64,000 nt of DNA from Paramecium tetraurelia (lineage: Eukaryota). The translations under genes and the position numbers were made by a program. The stretch lies in assembly GCA_000165425.1 (NCBI GenBank), contig CT868174.1, forward strand, positions 124,001 through 188,000, written 5' to 3'. The notes under the pieces were generated by a model, which made no database searches, was not told the origin of the DNA, and worked only from the letters and a program-made list of their open reading frames with translations. Within the stretch, counting starts at the first letter, position 1, and every line of letters starts with the position of its first letter. Below are positions 12,941-26,210 of the stretch, in pieces.

Positions 12941-13914
12941 TCAAAAAGAGCTTTTTCTTTCTGGCAAATTCTCTTAACTTTCATATAAAATTGATCTGGT
13001 GCAAATTTACTATTTTTATTGAACAGGCCCTACTCGAATGGCTTTACCTTCTAATTTAATTTTTGTAATAAAGTATTGCAAAGGTTCACTTTAGACTAAC
13101 TCTTTAATGGCGAAAATGTCATTTAGATATTTCTAAAGTTATTCCTATCTTTCTTAGATGAAGAAAGGATTTTCATTCGTTTGAGATATGATCTTTCTTT
13201 TCGGATAAACAGGCAATTCAACCTTCAAATTCTCTTTTTTTAGTAATTTATCATATTCTCTTAAATCACTATATCTTGATGTAAATTAATAATTAGTAGT
13301 CTTTTTTGCGTCTGTTAATGTGATCGTATATAAAACTACATCTTATTGGATTTCATAATCATCAATGCTAAAATGATATCTCTAGACATATCCATTAGTG
13401 TTTAAGCTAGATTTGCATTTAGATTTTAAATTCTTGGGTGTTTTAATTTCTTGTCTCTCCAAAAATGATCGCTTTAATTCATCCATTTATAGCCAACAAA
13501 CTTCTTTATCATATTCATCACTATGAGTTAACTAAATAGTTTCTTAATGTAATTGTTGTTGAGGTAACAATTCTTTAATTGATGAGAATTATTGCAACTA
13601 TTTTATGTTTAATACTTCTTCTAAATAGTTCTATAATTCTTTTCCCTAGATAGAATTTATGTTATTACTCTCTACTTGATTCCTGCGACTGAATTTTTGG
13701 TTCTCCCAAATATCTTTCTACCAGGGAATTGAGGCAAATTTAAATGTAGTTTAAAGTTAGAATTCTTCTCTATGATTTTTTCATTCAATGCTTTCAAGTC
13801 AGAATATCGTTTACAAATCTTCCTGTGTCCATCTGAACAATAAACGTTGATCTAATAATATACTTTATCATCCATTGTTTGATAATCATCTATGTTGACT
13901 GTGTATACTAACAT
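12941..13914 (-). CDS. tandem PX-domain protein
   Basis: KVYYQINV..KRYSDLKALN..LPQFPGRKIFG, and a second PX (YSDLREYDK..LPVYPKRK..LQKYLNDI); one intron; TGA at 12941. Confidence 0.85.
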
Positions 13915-14030
13915 TATAATAATAAATATGATTATCTAGGGAAAAAACTCAAATAATATAAATACAACTCATTATTTATTAAATTGTCTTCATGAAGATT
14001 TATTGTTTAATTTATCTTTAAAAAAACTAA

Positions 14031-14189
14031 ATGGGGTGTGCTGCTAGCAAATAATCCAAAAGCACATTAATTCATTAACTTGAGTCTTAACAAGTCTGTC
14101 ACTCCTAAACTCATTCAAATTCAATCCAATTTAAAACAAACCTCCAACCTGACACTCCTGACTTTCTTCAGAACACCAAAAAGAAATGA
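14031..14189 (+). CDS. 52-aa microprotein with N-terminal dual-acylation motif (MGCAASK)
   Basis: Clean ATG-to-TGA ORF with an A-rich context before the ATG; G2/C3/S6 fit the myristoylation-palmitoylation consensus. Confidence 0.6.
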
Positions 14190-14247
14190 CATAAACTAAT
14201 TGACCAATTGAAAATATCATGAACATATATTTAATAATAATTTACAA

Positions 14248-15521
14248 TCATTTTGAAGTTTTCTCTAACTCACCACTGTTCGTCCTAGATAAGTGGGATG
14301 GCCTAGGATGAGCTTAGTAAACATAAATATTCCCTTTATCTTCTTTTAGATTCTGGGATTCACGGAGGACAGTAAAATAAGTATGATTCAGCGCATCGTG
14401 CGAATTGATTCTCAAGACTGGATCTTTTTGAAGCATTTATTTGAGCAAATGCTTAGAATTCATTTCAAAAATGTACCAGAGCTTGAGGTGAATACCCATT
14501 GATTTGATATTCAATCATGCAACGTCTATTTTTACTCATTATTGATTCGAGTGTATTTGCATCAAAACAACTAACTCCTCTATTCAATAACTTATAAAAA
14601 ACCACTCCCAAACTGAATATGTCTCCTTTAGATGTGTATAGCGATTGCTCTCGAAATGATTCAGGTGGCAAATAACCAGGAGTACCACAGTTGCAAGACA
14701 TTTGACTCTCATTAGAACTTAAACCAAAATCTAATATCTTAATCGTTTTATTTTAACATAAAATCATATGTTAAGGTTTAATATCTCGATGAATTATATT
14801 ATTCTAATGTAAGTAATCAATGATTTATAGAGTTTATTTTAGAATCATTTAAATGTCTCGTTCTTCCAGTTTACTCTTTTTTTGCTAACACGTTATTTAA
14901 AACCTTACTTTCTATTTATTAATAATTGAGTCCAGAGATTGTCCAATGACTAATTCAGTAATTAACCCATAAGTGTCTTCGTTTAATCGATATACATCAT
15001 GTAACTTGATGATGCCTTAATGATTTAACTTATGCAAAATAGCTACCTCAATTTCAATATTCTTTAAATGAGACTCGTTACGCAATTTAATTTTCTTTAA
15101 AGCATACTCTTTGCCATCCCTCAAACTAGTCACCTTCATTACCTGGTCATAGAAGAACTCATACTTCTGAAAATGTGCCTTTTCCCAATAAATCACCAAC
15201 GAAATAGTCCTGTCTAAATGTTCCATATGAAATTTTGCACCCAATCAATATCCTAAAATGGGACAGCTCACTCTCATTTCCATAGTAATAATTGGTAAGA
15301 TCTCCCTACCTCAATCCAAAAGCGATTTCTCGGCCCTCCTCGTATAGCCAATAGATAGTTTAATCTATGCTTAATGGAACTTAAATTTAATCTAGGCTAT
15401 TAATAGATGCTATCTCAATTCGTTTCCTCATCACAGAAATACGAAATTATGTAGTTCGGGTGTGTGTAATAAATGTAAATTACGGCTCGACATCATCCTC
15501 TCCATTAACAATTTCTTCCAT
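14248..15521 (-). CDS. CAMK-type Ser/Thr protein kinase with N-terminal PH-like region
   Basis: LGKGTFSE|V, YALKKI, HRDIKPQH, ILDFGLS, CGTPGYLPPE and DIFSLG motifs. Confidence 0.9.
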
Positions 15522-15554
15522 AATTTTTATATATAATAAATCATTTCAAAAAAC

Positions 15555-16903
15555 TCATAACATTCCTAACTTCCAAAACCTCTTAACCTTTAAAAAACAC
15601 ATTAACTTCTTCCAAACTCAATTCTACCTCTGCCTTCCTCGCCATCAACAAAACATTTGACTAAGAAAACTCCCCGAATTCATTCAACAAGTCCTTGTTC
15701 TATATCAAAGCCTTCTTTGCGTATTATTATTTCAAATATCTACTTAATTGCAACAACAATATCAATTTTATGAATAGCATCTTCAGGACATTCATATTTA
15801 TAGGTTGCTTTCTCTCCAAAATCCTACTGCATTCTAATGAGCGTTTGAATTCTTCATAACTTTGACCACCAAAAAAGATCATCAACTACTCCACATCCGA
15901 ATAATCCAGCTGGAACTCCTATCCCACAATCTCTTATATCTACTTTTGCAAATACTAAAATTCCAATCTCCCATTGATGCTCAACAATTCAAATAGCTTT
16001 ATACTATCAAATTTATTTAGCTTCTCCAATAATTGATCAATCTATTAATAAATCTAACTGTGTTCTTTGATCAAATATAAAAAACTCCGTATTTATTTCC
16101 ATTCATTTTATCTAAACTTAGTTATAATCATACCTCAAAATGGTCTTTTATTTCTCAAATTCCTAAAAGTTTTGAATTCTCTTTCTGAATTATTTCGAAT
16201 ATGAATGATATGGGCATGATTTATTGTTTATCCATCCCAATTTTATATCTTTATTCCTCAGTTATTCCTTCCCCATTTCCTATTCATAATCATCAATGCT
16301 TTGATCATGCTCTCTAAACAATTTCTTCATGTCCTCATAAGTAACAATACCATTTTAATCAAAATCCAATCTTCTCCAGATTGCTTCTATATTTATTTTA
16401 TAGCCAAAATCACCTACTAATTAATTCAAATCCTTCTGTTTAAATGGGTAATCCAATAACCCTTCTACTTCTATTGGGTGTTGTTTAATCTACTATAAAA
16501 AATGAATTTCAGTTGCTAATAGAATAGATAAATGTTCTTTGATTAATTCTTATTCCTCTGGGGAACCAATCGTTTTTTGGAGTTTTTATGTCAATTATGC
16601 TCTTAATTAAGGTTTACTCCTTGGCAAACACAAATTCATAAAGTTAGCAAAAGATAACTTATTGTCTTTAAATTCAGAGTAATAATCAATTAACAACGCA
16701 CATTAATCAGGAGATTTAGAGATTAATTTTGAAATTGCATCTATTGTTATTTAATTTGTATTTTATTCATCAATTATTTAGAAAGCTCTGTAAAGAGTGA
16801 AATATTCATTCGAAGTCATATGAATCTTTGTTTTCTCTATTTGTTCTTCCAAATCAAGTAGATGGATGATCAAATCGATAAAATTTTATCTGTTATTTTT
16901 CAT
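15555..16903 (-). CDS. EF-hand domain protein
   Basis: AFQIIDEQNTNQITIDAI and WRRLDFDQNGIVTYEDM EF loops; a 22 nt intron near 16110-16132 joins the frames; TGA at 15555. Confidence 0.75.
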
Positions 16904-16937
16904 ATTATATTAATTAGTATATAAAACTTTACAATAT

Positions 16938-18167
16938 TCAATTAGAAATGAACACTCTTAGAAGTAACTCTATAAATATTATGATGCTAATTTTAGTACT
17001 TATTTTTAAACATGCATATTTTCTAATAGAATTTATAAAAACAATTACTTTCTGAATAACATGAGAAGAATTGCAACGATGATTCTCATTTTGCTTCTGT
17101 ATTGTTTAACAACAACTCCGTAATTGTGTTCTCTCATAAAAGACATTTTAATATCTTTGCTTAACATTTTTGTGCACCATTAAGTGATGAGAATCTTCAT
17201 TTTAGACCATTCAGAGTCATTGTGCAATTCGTGAAATCCTTGCTCAAATATTTTCAGTGTTTTTTCTTTGGATTGGATGAGTCTATAAAAATCAAGGGAA
17301 TCTAAGTGCGATGCAACTTTGTCCTCTTTTCCCATGCAATAACAAGACAGGGATTTTGAATTTAGTTGCATTTGGCAAAATGAATTGCTGAAATAGAAGT
17401 ACATTGTATGCAAATTAGATGCTCATATAAGGATGCATGAGGTGATCAGTGGCAAGCTTTTTGATATGATGATTATTTTTTGAGGCGTATGATAAATTTT
17501 GGTATGTATTGACTTGGAGATCAGGGCATAACTTAGTCATGAGTTTAAGGGTGAGCATCTTGATTTTCCCATATTTGGCTGGCACTCGTAATTAAGCACT
17601 ACTACAAATAAGTCCTTAAAATTGGAATGAGGGATTCATTAAACAAAAGCTGATAACCATAGAAGCACCGAGAGCGTGACAAAATATAAATAAAGGAACT
17701 GATCTATCAACTAATTATAAAACGATGTCTAAATCCATGTGCATTTATTCAACGGTGGCTTAGCCTCTTATACCTCCAGAATAGCCAAATCCTCTTTGGT
17801 CATAGAGATAAACTTTAAAATTGTTGAGTAGAAAAGAATCAGTCAACTAGAAGAATGAAATTCGAATTTACTTATTGATAATTTCCTGAGTGCTCACCAA
17901 ATCCATGTACGATTATTACTTGAGCATCTACAAATTAAGGAGTAAATTCCTAATAATATAATTAAACTCCATGAGTTTTAGTATCGAGATATCTTCTAGA
18001 CACCTTAAAATAGCATATTTAAATACAGTGACTTTCGATGTTTATTAAATTCCTAAGAATGACGGATTAAGTCCCTTCTTAAATATTTAACCGTCAGATT
18101 AGATATCTGTGCTTTCTGTTCTTTTTGGTGAATCCATCAATCTCTCATCTGTGGTAGAATAGCTCAT
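16938..18167 (-). CDS. alpha/beta hydrolase (monoglyceride lipase/Hydrolase_4 family); nucleophile Ser replaced by Ala; one +1 frameshift
   Basis: IVHGFGEHSG, YDQRGFGYSGG, FCHALGA, LHG/KEDKV and GFHELHND motifs; hydrophobic C-terminal tail. Confidence 0.85.
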
Positions 18168-18864
18168 TATATATTTATTTTTCTGAACCATAGAGTCAAA
18201 TGTTTGTGATTAAGAATGAGGTATTATCTTTCATTATGACGCAAGCATTCATTAGATCAATAAATTTTATAAAAATATTATTTTCAGCTACTCATCCAAT
18301 CTTTTATAAGATTGTTTCCCATCTACTAAAATAATAAGAGCTATCGATCTCACCAACAATAGTAATATTTACAATAAATTTATTGCTTATACTAGAAAAA
18401 ATGAATTTTTAAATATTCAATAATTTTAATCTCAGAATGGATTAACAACACTAGATTTTCAATCCTCTTTTAAAAAGCCACTAAAATTAATTCTTTACAT
18501 TTTATTTCAATCATCATTGGCCAATCTTGACATTATCTAATTATACTTGTTAACCTCACAAAATTATACCAAATTTCGTTCTATTTCTGGTTTCCATATT
18601 ATTGTACTTTAACTAAGATTGTTCAAGGTTCAAAGTGACACTTCTAAGGATAACAATTGAATTTATTAAATTACAGGAAATAATAGAATTTTACATTTCA
18701 TTGAAAAATAAATTTTAATTAAAATGGTGTATGCTCGTCTAGCATCAAGTGTAAGAATACTTAACATCTTAACTGGATTTTATGTTATACATTAAACTTG
18801 AGAAGTTAGAAATGGAAGGGAGTTATTTATACTACTAATTATTGATTATATTGCAATTATCATT

Positions 18865-20437
18865 TCAATAGTAATTCGGTGTTTATTTATTTCTCATTTC
18901 AGTATCCCTCGTCATTTTCAATGCTTATTAAATCTTTCTGTCAATTTCATTCAATCCATCATCTTACTCCTCTTCTTGATAATACATTGTTGATGTCATA
19001 TTTTAAGGTGACTATAATGTATGATATGGGGACTACTCTATTTATTAGGGTACATGGTGAACAGGTTATTATACAAAATAATTGGACTAAGCATTTGCTA
19101 ATTCATTTAAATAAGGTTGTTGTTATTGATATGAATACATATAAGATTGTTATGGAGGAAATTAATTTTAAGGCAATGGTTATTATTATTATGGCTATTA
19201 AGAAGGTAATTAAGATGCTAAAATTGGTTGTTGTGAAGGCACTTACTATTGGTATTAAAAAGGTGGTTATTAAGGCAAAGACTGTATCTGTTAAGGTTAA
19301 ACTATTTGCTATTATTATTATGGCTATTATTATTGTTGTTAGAATTATTAAAATTACATGGGAACTTAAGTTTGGGGTTATTATTATTACAGATGTGGAG
19401 GTGGCAAAGATTATGAATATTATTAATGTTATGGTCGATATGGTGATATTGATTATTATGGTAATTGAGGTTGTTAGTATAAAAGGGAAAAGGGTTGGAG
19501 ATTCAGAATCTGAACTTCGAATTATTTGAGGGCATCCTTAATATATAAAAGTTGAAATTACATAAATATCTTAATATGAAGGTCTTTCATCAGGCTACTC
19601 CTTTAACAACTCTCTGACCATCCTGTACCAAGGATTTGAATACCCAAGTTATTTCACAGTTTCTAATAATTGTTAAAGGAAATGGCCATCAATTCTATTA
19701 GATTTATAGAGATTCTTTCCACTCATTAGAGTTGAGCATTCTAGCATAGTGACACCCAAAGAAAAGACATCAGATTTGGCTGTAATTGAAGGATTGTTGA
19801 TTGAATATAGTTGTTCTGGACTTAAATATGCTATTTCTTGATTATTAATTTGTCTTTAATAACCTGTTTGATCTGGTTTCAATATGCCTAATTCCTATAA
19901 AGAATTAAGGAGGATACTTACAGCCATTTTCAAATCATCTGACAATTAAATGTTGCAAGGTCTGATGTCTCCAAGAACTTTGTTTTGTTCTTCAAGATAA
20001 ATTCCCAATTTAGCAATAGTGAATAACATCTTCCAAAGCTCAGCTTCAGTAAAGTATTGATTGGTTTGTCTTCTTGTTTCAATGGACTTTTCTAAAGTGT
20101 AGTCAAAGAATTCCAAATATACAGTAATTTTTGAAAAATCTCCACACCATTAATTTTATGAATTTGAATGATATCCTAAGAGTTTGACTAAATTTTAATG
20201 TTGGATCTTAGATCTCTTTTCACAATTACCTAAATAAATTAATTTTATATTACTGATGGATGCATCATATTCTGATGAATTGTTGCACCAGATGCTTTTG
20301 ACCATTATGAAAGTATTCTGTTGAGTTCTGTAAATCTGAACATCTCCAAAACGCAAGTCTTTTAGCTCCCTCACCTTTACGCATTGTCTTTGGAACTCTT
20401 GCACAAACTTCTCACTCTAAGAAGAATTAGCACCCAT
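18865..20437 (-). CDS. myristoylated pseudokinase with Gln/Pro-rich tail
   Basis: MGANSS start; kinase fold (VLGDIRPCNI, LKMAELG, YLSPEQ, DVFSLG, RPSY); tail rich in TAA codons at about 19000-19480. Confidence 0.8.
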
Positions 20438-20461
20438 TTTTAAATTTATATAGTTAAAACA

Positions 20462-21445
20462 TCATTAAACAACTTTTAATCCTTCTAATTGCAATATCTT
20501 ATTGTAAGCCTCCATTAAATCATTCACAACATATTTCCCAGGATCTTTTGGATCATTGTCACCATCTCTGAACACACCACTCCTCACCAATAATGATGGC
20601 CATCCAATTAAGTTTGCACCTCTTATATCACTTGTAGGGTTATCACCAATCATATAAAAATTACCAATATTTTCATGTTTTTCATGTATATAAGATTATA
20701 CATATCTAAATGTATTTAGAGATGGTTTTCCGTAATAAATGATATTTGGATTTATATTGTACTGTTTCTTTAAAATAGAAATGAGAGTGTTAGTGAATGT
20801 TCCAAATGCCAGTCTTGGCAATTTAAATTAATCTGCATAAGTCGCATCGTTATTGACTACATAAATAGGTATATCTTTATTCACCTTAACCAAATTGGAA
20901 ATGGTCTAAATACTCTCTTCCCACTTTATTGGATCAAATACTATAAACACTGCTTCGATTTGTCTATTTTTCATCTATTCCATTTGTCTTTATTTGATGT
21001 CAGCCTCATATTATCTAATCATCTCAGGATCATATTATTTAAAAGCAACTTAATCAAACAATGCAGAATATTCATCTATTGTGTAGAAATATTTTAGATC
21101 ACAATCCTTAGCTATTTCTGTTAGTTTGCCAGCTCCACAGATTAAAATTAATCTATTCTAATATTCATTCATTATTGGTCTTAATGGAGTGTAATTCAAA
21201 AAGATATGATTTCTCTTAAAATTTGAACCCATAATCTTATTCAAGGAATTGGCTTTCTCCAACTCTGTGCATCCTCCTCCATTAGTCAATAGATAAAAGG
21301 GAATCCTAATATTGTGTCTGATTCCATTTGTGTAATGGCAATTCAATAATTGCTTAACAACTGTGTCTGAATTTGGAATTATTGACTTCCCCCTCACTAA
21401 TACTCCATCAATATCTGAGACTATGGCTGGGATCAATTTATTCAT
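20462..21445 (-). CDS. HAD-superfamily IIA hydrolase (CECR5/HDHD5-like)
   Basis: DIDGVL, LLTNGGG, YGKP and MIGDNPTSDIRGAN..LVRSGV motifs. Confidence 0.92.
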
Positions 21446-21463
21446 TTTTATATATAAAATAAT

Positions 21464-22517
21464 TCATTTAAGAGAATCATAATAATTTCTCAATTTGATT
21501 AATTCGTCTATGGTTGACAGGTAATCTCCAATTTTATTCAATGGCTTCAAATCACAATCAACTATTGAATACTGATAAAACAGTTTTTAATTGCCCACTT
21601 CAACGAATTTGCCTGAGCCTTCCCTCCTGAAACTTGCGATGATTGACAGATCACTCAAAGCTTAAAAGGAGGAAAAGGTCAACAATTTAAAGGCTAGCTT
21701 TTATATTTCAGGATCTTAACACTTTCCTTCCACAACTTCCTATAATTATTTATTGGTTAGGTTTCTTTGTCTTAATTTCTCATAGGCTTCCTAAGTTTCT
21801 TCAACTGTGAGATTCATTTACTACAACATATGAAAGAATCCCTTGAGTTATTGAATGAGATCCTCTAACAGCAGAGTCTCGCTAATGATTGAGGCTATCT
21901 AAAAATATTGGTATGTATATTACCTCTTCTATATTAAATTCTTCAATGCTTTGAACCTGTTTCTATTATTTATTAAAGAGTCTAAAATTGTTCTCAGGTA
22001 TTTCTGCTAAATCAATGATCGCATCAAATAAATTTTCAACCTTCCCGTTATAAAACTTCCTAGGGTCATATTTAGAGATTAAGGAATCGATTTCCACTTT
22101 TGTGCTTTGATAAATATCTTTGCCAGATTTTTGTAATTTCTTTTAAGCCTTTAAGAGTTGGATCATAAAAAATCTTTGATTCTTAGGATCACATAAGTCC
22201 TTGTTTTCTTATTTGTTTGATAAAATTGGTAAGAATGTTTTGGGTTTGATTTCCACCGCAAATACAACATTAAAAAATAGATTGTCCATAATTTAACATT
22301 ATTGATCCCCTATCTGGTATGGTTGCTTTTTTGCGAAATACTTTTTAAGAGGAGTCCAATCCGTATTGTTGAAAGGCATAATGAGATTCGTGGAAATCTC
22401 ACACATGTCCCTTGGCTTACGAATTCTAATGACCTTATCCTTCAGAGTGGGATCTTCACCAATATATTAATAGACAATGTGCTGAGCACCTTCACCAAGA
22501 ACTGTATATTGATCCAT
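21464..22517 (-). CDS. IPK1: inositol-pentakisphosphate 2-kinase
   Basis: LGEGAQHIV, VIRIRK, AVEIKPK, SKYDP, SDLSIIASF and IVDCDLKPLNKI match IPK1 family motifs. Confidence 0.8.
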
Positions 22518-22536
22518 TTTATAATTTAAATATAAA

Positions 22537-23677
22537 TCAACGAGCCCCTTTTAATCACATTTAAGACAGCATCAACAATTTGTTCTGTTTTTGGAAATGA
22601 TATGGCTTCTAAATTGAAAGCATATGGAGTTGGCACTTCAACTCCAGTGACTCTTTGAATAGGAGCATCCAAATATTTAAAGGCTCCTCCTTCCATAATA
22701 AGAGCAGCGATTTCAGCTCCGATTCCTGATTATGGCCATCCTTCTTCAACACAAACTACTCTTCCTGTCTTCTTTACACTCTAAAGAATGGTTTCTCTAT
22801 CCAAAGGTCTTAAGCTTCTTAAATTGATAACTTCACAACTGATGCCCTCACGAAACAGTTGTTCAGCAGCTCTAAGTGAATACTCAACCATTTTAGAAAA
22901 TGCCACGATTGTAACATGATCACCTTTCCTCATGATCTTAGTCCTTTCCAATTGGAGCAATGTAATTTGGATCTCTGGCCTCAGCAGACAATTCAAATGA
23001 TTCACTGTATAGAATCTCATTCTCCAAAAATACAACAGGATTTGGATTACGAACAGCTGCCTTTAATAATGATTTTGCATCATCACAATCATAGGGGGAT
23101 AGCACTATCAATCCTGGCACATTGCTATACCAAGAGGCAAAACATTGAGAATGTTGTGCAGCCACATATGCAGTTGCTCTGAATCATATTATTTATTTAT
23201 TTACCCATTGATTCCTCTAAAAACTATTGAAGCCTTCTAATCACCAGCACTCATGTAATGAGCTTTGGCTGCTGAATTTATAATGTGATCAATTGCTTGC
23301 ATAGCAAAATTCCAAGTCATAAACTCAACTATTGGCTTTAACCCATAAAGGGCAGCTCCCACTGAGATTCCTGTGAATCCAGCCTCTGTAATTGGGGTAT
23401 CAATAATTCTCTCGCCTCCATACTTTTAGAAAAGTCCCTTTGAAACTTTATACGCTCCTTGATACAGCCCTACTTCCTCGCCTAAAATATTACTTTGAAT
23501 AATTTACCAATTAAAAATACATTTGGATCATGAGCCAGTTCTTCATCCATAGCAAGATTTATTGCTTCTCTCACAGTCATCTTTATTGGAGTTAATTATG
23601 TGGGCTCTAGAATGAAAATGATTTCAATATATACAAGGTTGATATGCGTAGCGCAATTTCAATAAATTTCTATACAT
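22537..23677 (-). CDS. PDHB: pyruvate dehydrogenase E1 beta subunit (one +1 indel near 22942)
   Basis: [80 protein letters not shown] and LDAPIQRV motifs. Confidence 0.97.
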
Positions 23678-23685
23678 TAATTTTA

Positions 23686-25175
23686 ATGATATTTTTATTA
23701 TGCATCTCAGCTGTTTTAGCTAGCTTTAATACTTAATATGTAACTGATTAATTGGAAATCCAACAAACCAATTTGAATAGTTCCAAAAGTTATTAGTTGT
23801 CCCTCATAATTACTCAATTACCATCAAACAATTATTGCTTACCATTGCTCTAAGTCATCATTAATAACCAAACTCATAATGATTCATTGGCTTATTCCAT
23901 TAAAGCTAATATTCAAAAAGTGTATTTCAATTCCACTGATAACATCACTATCAAAGTTAGTTGTATAATGTTAGAGCACTTTTAAAATCAAAAAAACATC
24001 AACAAAACAATGCATTTTAATTTGACTCTAACTGAAGCAGTAAATCTAATTTTAATTTTTTAGAAATAACATATTTCACCACCATGCCAGTTCCCTCATT
24101 ATGGGTAAAATTGCAGTCTTTCGATTCAACAAATCTAAAAAGAATTCTCTGTAACAATTCTAATTCTTAACAATACCTGGTTTTATGCTTACACCATTCT
24201 TGACAATGACGATTATGAGGTAATTACTAATTAATTATATCCAGATTTATGTACAAAATGGAGACTCCTTATTTGGTATTTCAATCATTTCATTTAATAA
24301 AGTGAATGTTACTAGACTTCCATCATTTCTATAAAATTTTATAGTATTGGATTCTTACAGCGATGAAAATCAAATTTTATTACCAAAAACAGAAAATAGT
24401 TAAGAAAGTATTTATATTATTGGCATGTACAATTTCAATTCCACTTAAATTTAGGAAATTACAATCACAATTACGTATATATACTAAATTAATAATAGAG
24501 CTTCTGATAAAAATGAAGAATTTCCATTTTGGGCTACAATACTTTTGATATCTATTGTGATCTTTGGTCTATTGCTATTTCTAATAATACTGTGTCATTA
24601 TAAGCGATAATATAAAAAGCTAACCTAAATCAAACCAGCTTTAGATAGGAAAGTATTAAAGAAATACATGCCACCTTAAAAAGTAGATTCGAAAATGAGT
24701 GCTGATACTTGCTCAGTTTGTTTGGTCTAATTTGAATTAAAAGAGAAGTATTGCAAAACTCCTTGCAATCATTACTTCCATGAACAATGCTTATTAGATT
24801 GGTATATTAATATTCTATTAAAGGACAACCAAATAAGCCAATTGTCCAGTTTGTAGATAAGGATTACTGGAAAATGAAATTAATGAATTAATGGAAGTTA
24901 AGAACAATAGAAATCGATAAGTCTAAGAATTAAACATATAAGAAATATAAGAAGCTATCAAATCAAAGGATGAACCACCGTCACAAACTTACAGGGATTT
25001 GCCATTTCTACAATTATCATCTTCTCCTTTTAGAACTTAGTGCAAAATAGAATTGGATTGCTCTCCTTAAGCAGAACATTCGCCACAAATTATTTAATTT
25101 GATGGATCTCCTCAAAATTTAACAAATAGAAACCTATGTTTTTAATCGGATGGCATTGTGGAGTCTTAAAATTGA
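23686..25175 (+). CDS. signal peptide + transmembrane + RING-H2 E3 ligase
   Basis: MIFLLCISAVLAS signal peptide; TM segment near 24530-24600; CSVCLVQF..PCNHYFHEQCLLDW..CPVCR. Confidence 0.85.
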
Positions 25176-25587
25176 TATAAATTCTCATGCTTAATATTGA
25201 TGTTATATTCATATAATAAGGTTTCAATTCTACTCTTTTCTTGATTCTTAATACATAGATTTGCACAATATTAATATATACCTTTCCATATTTAGACCTA
25301 AGTTAATAGATATGCATTAGAGTCTCAAAAAAGTATGTACTAATAGGTTGAAAATTCTGATTATGGAAAGGTACTTTATTCATTTGTTAATGTAGATATC
25401 TAAAATGATATAATAGTAATAATTTATTATTTTATTATGTATTTTCTAATATTGTTTACTAATTTGATATTATTATTTGAAGTATTTAATAATTGTTATC
25501 TTATTCATTATCCTGAAATTTTGAATTATATTTAAATATAGATATATATATGCCAAATGATGATTTAATATATGTAATTTTATTTTC

Positions 25588-26210
25588 TCAATATCTTCTT
25601 GGAGCGGTAATGATTTCGTAAAACTCATCAAATGAGATTTATTCTGGGCTCTCTGTTTTTCTAAGAATGTGAATGTGATGGATCATTTCATGCAATTCAT
25701 CATCATTGAGAGTTTCACCCAATTCCTTTGCCACACGTTTAAGGTTTGTGAAATCAATGAATCTAAAATATCTTCATATATAAACCCAGTATCTTCAGGA
25801 TCGTAAATTTGGAACAATTTGAATGCACCTTCTTTTGTTTTATTATTTCCCAATCTGTCTGATATAATATTAACAAAAGTATCAAAATCAATTGAGCCTC
25901 CAAAACTAACATTAAAATGTGAATGAATACTTTTCCAAATCCTACACCATTTGATACACAAACTTGTTTCTAGCATCAACGCCTAAATCTTCAAGCACCT
26001 TTTTAATTTCGTGTGCATCAATTGTGCCACTCTTATCATCATCAAACAAATCAAATGTTTCCTTTTTTATGGTTATAACACTCTTACCCTCAAATCATTG
26101 ATTTCCTCTGGAGTCAAATAATTCTCCTTTGGCTTTTAAGGCTTGGCGGGTGCTTAGACCTTCTTGTTTGGTGCTGGCTACTACTCAACCTATTTGTTTG
26201 TTCTAGACAT
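25588..26210 (-). CDS. centrin (infraciliary-lattice-type EF-hand protein)
   Basis: ETFDLFDDDKSGTIDAHEI, IDFDTF and NLKRVAKELGETLNDDELHEMI; three introns. Confidence 0.92.

Noticed and set aside
13990..14220. 76-aa minus-strand ORF (MIFSIGQLVY..)
   Set aside because: It overlaps the + strand MGCAAS ORF, which has a recognisable motif and start context; long chance ORFs are common when TGA is the only stop.
18879..19529. 216-aa Ile/Val-rich + strand ORF in the track
   Set aside because: It is the antisense shadow of the TAA-rich Q/P tail of the minus-strand pseudokinase.
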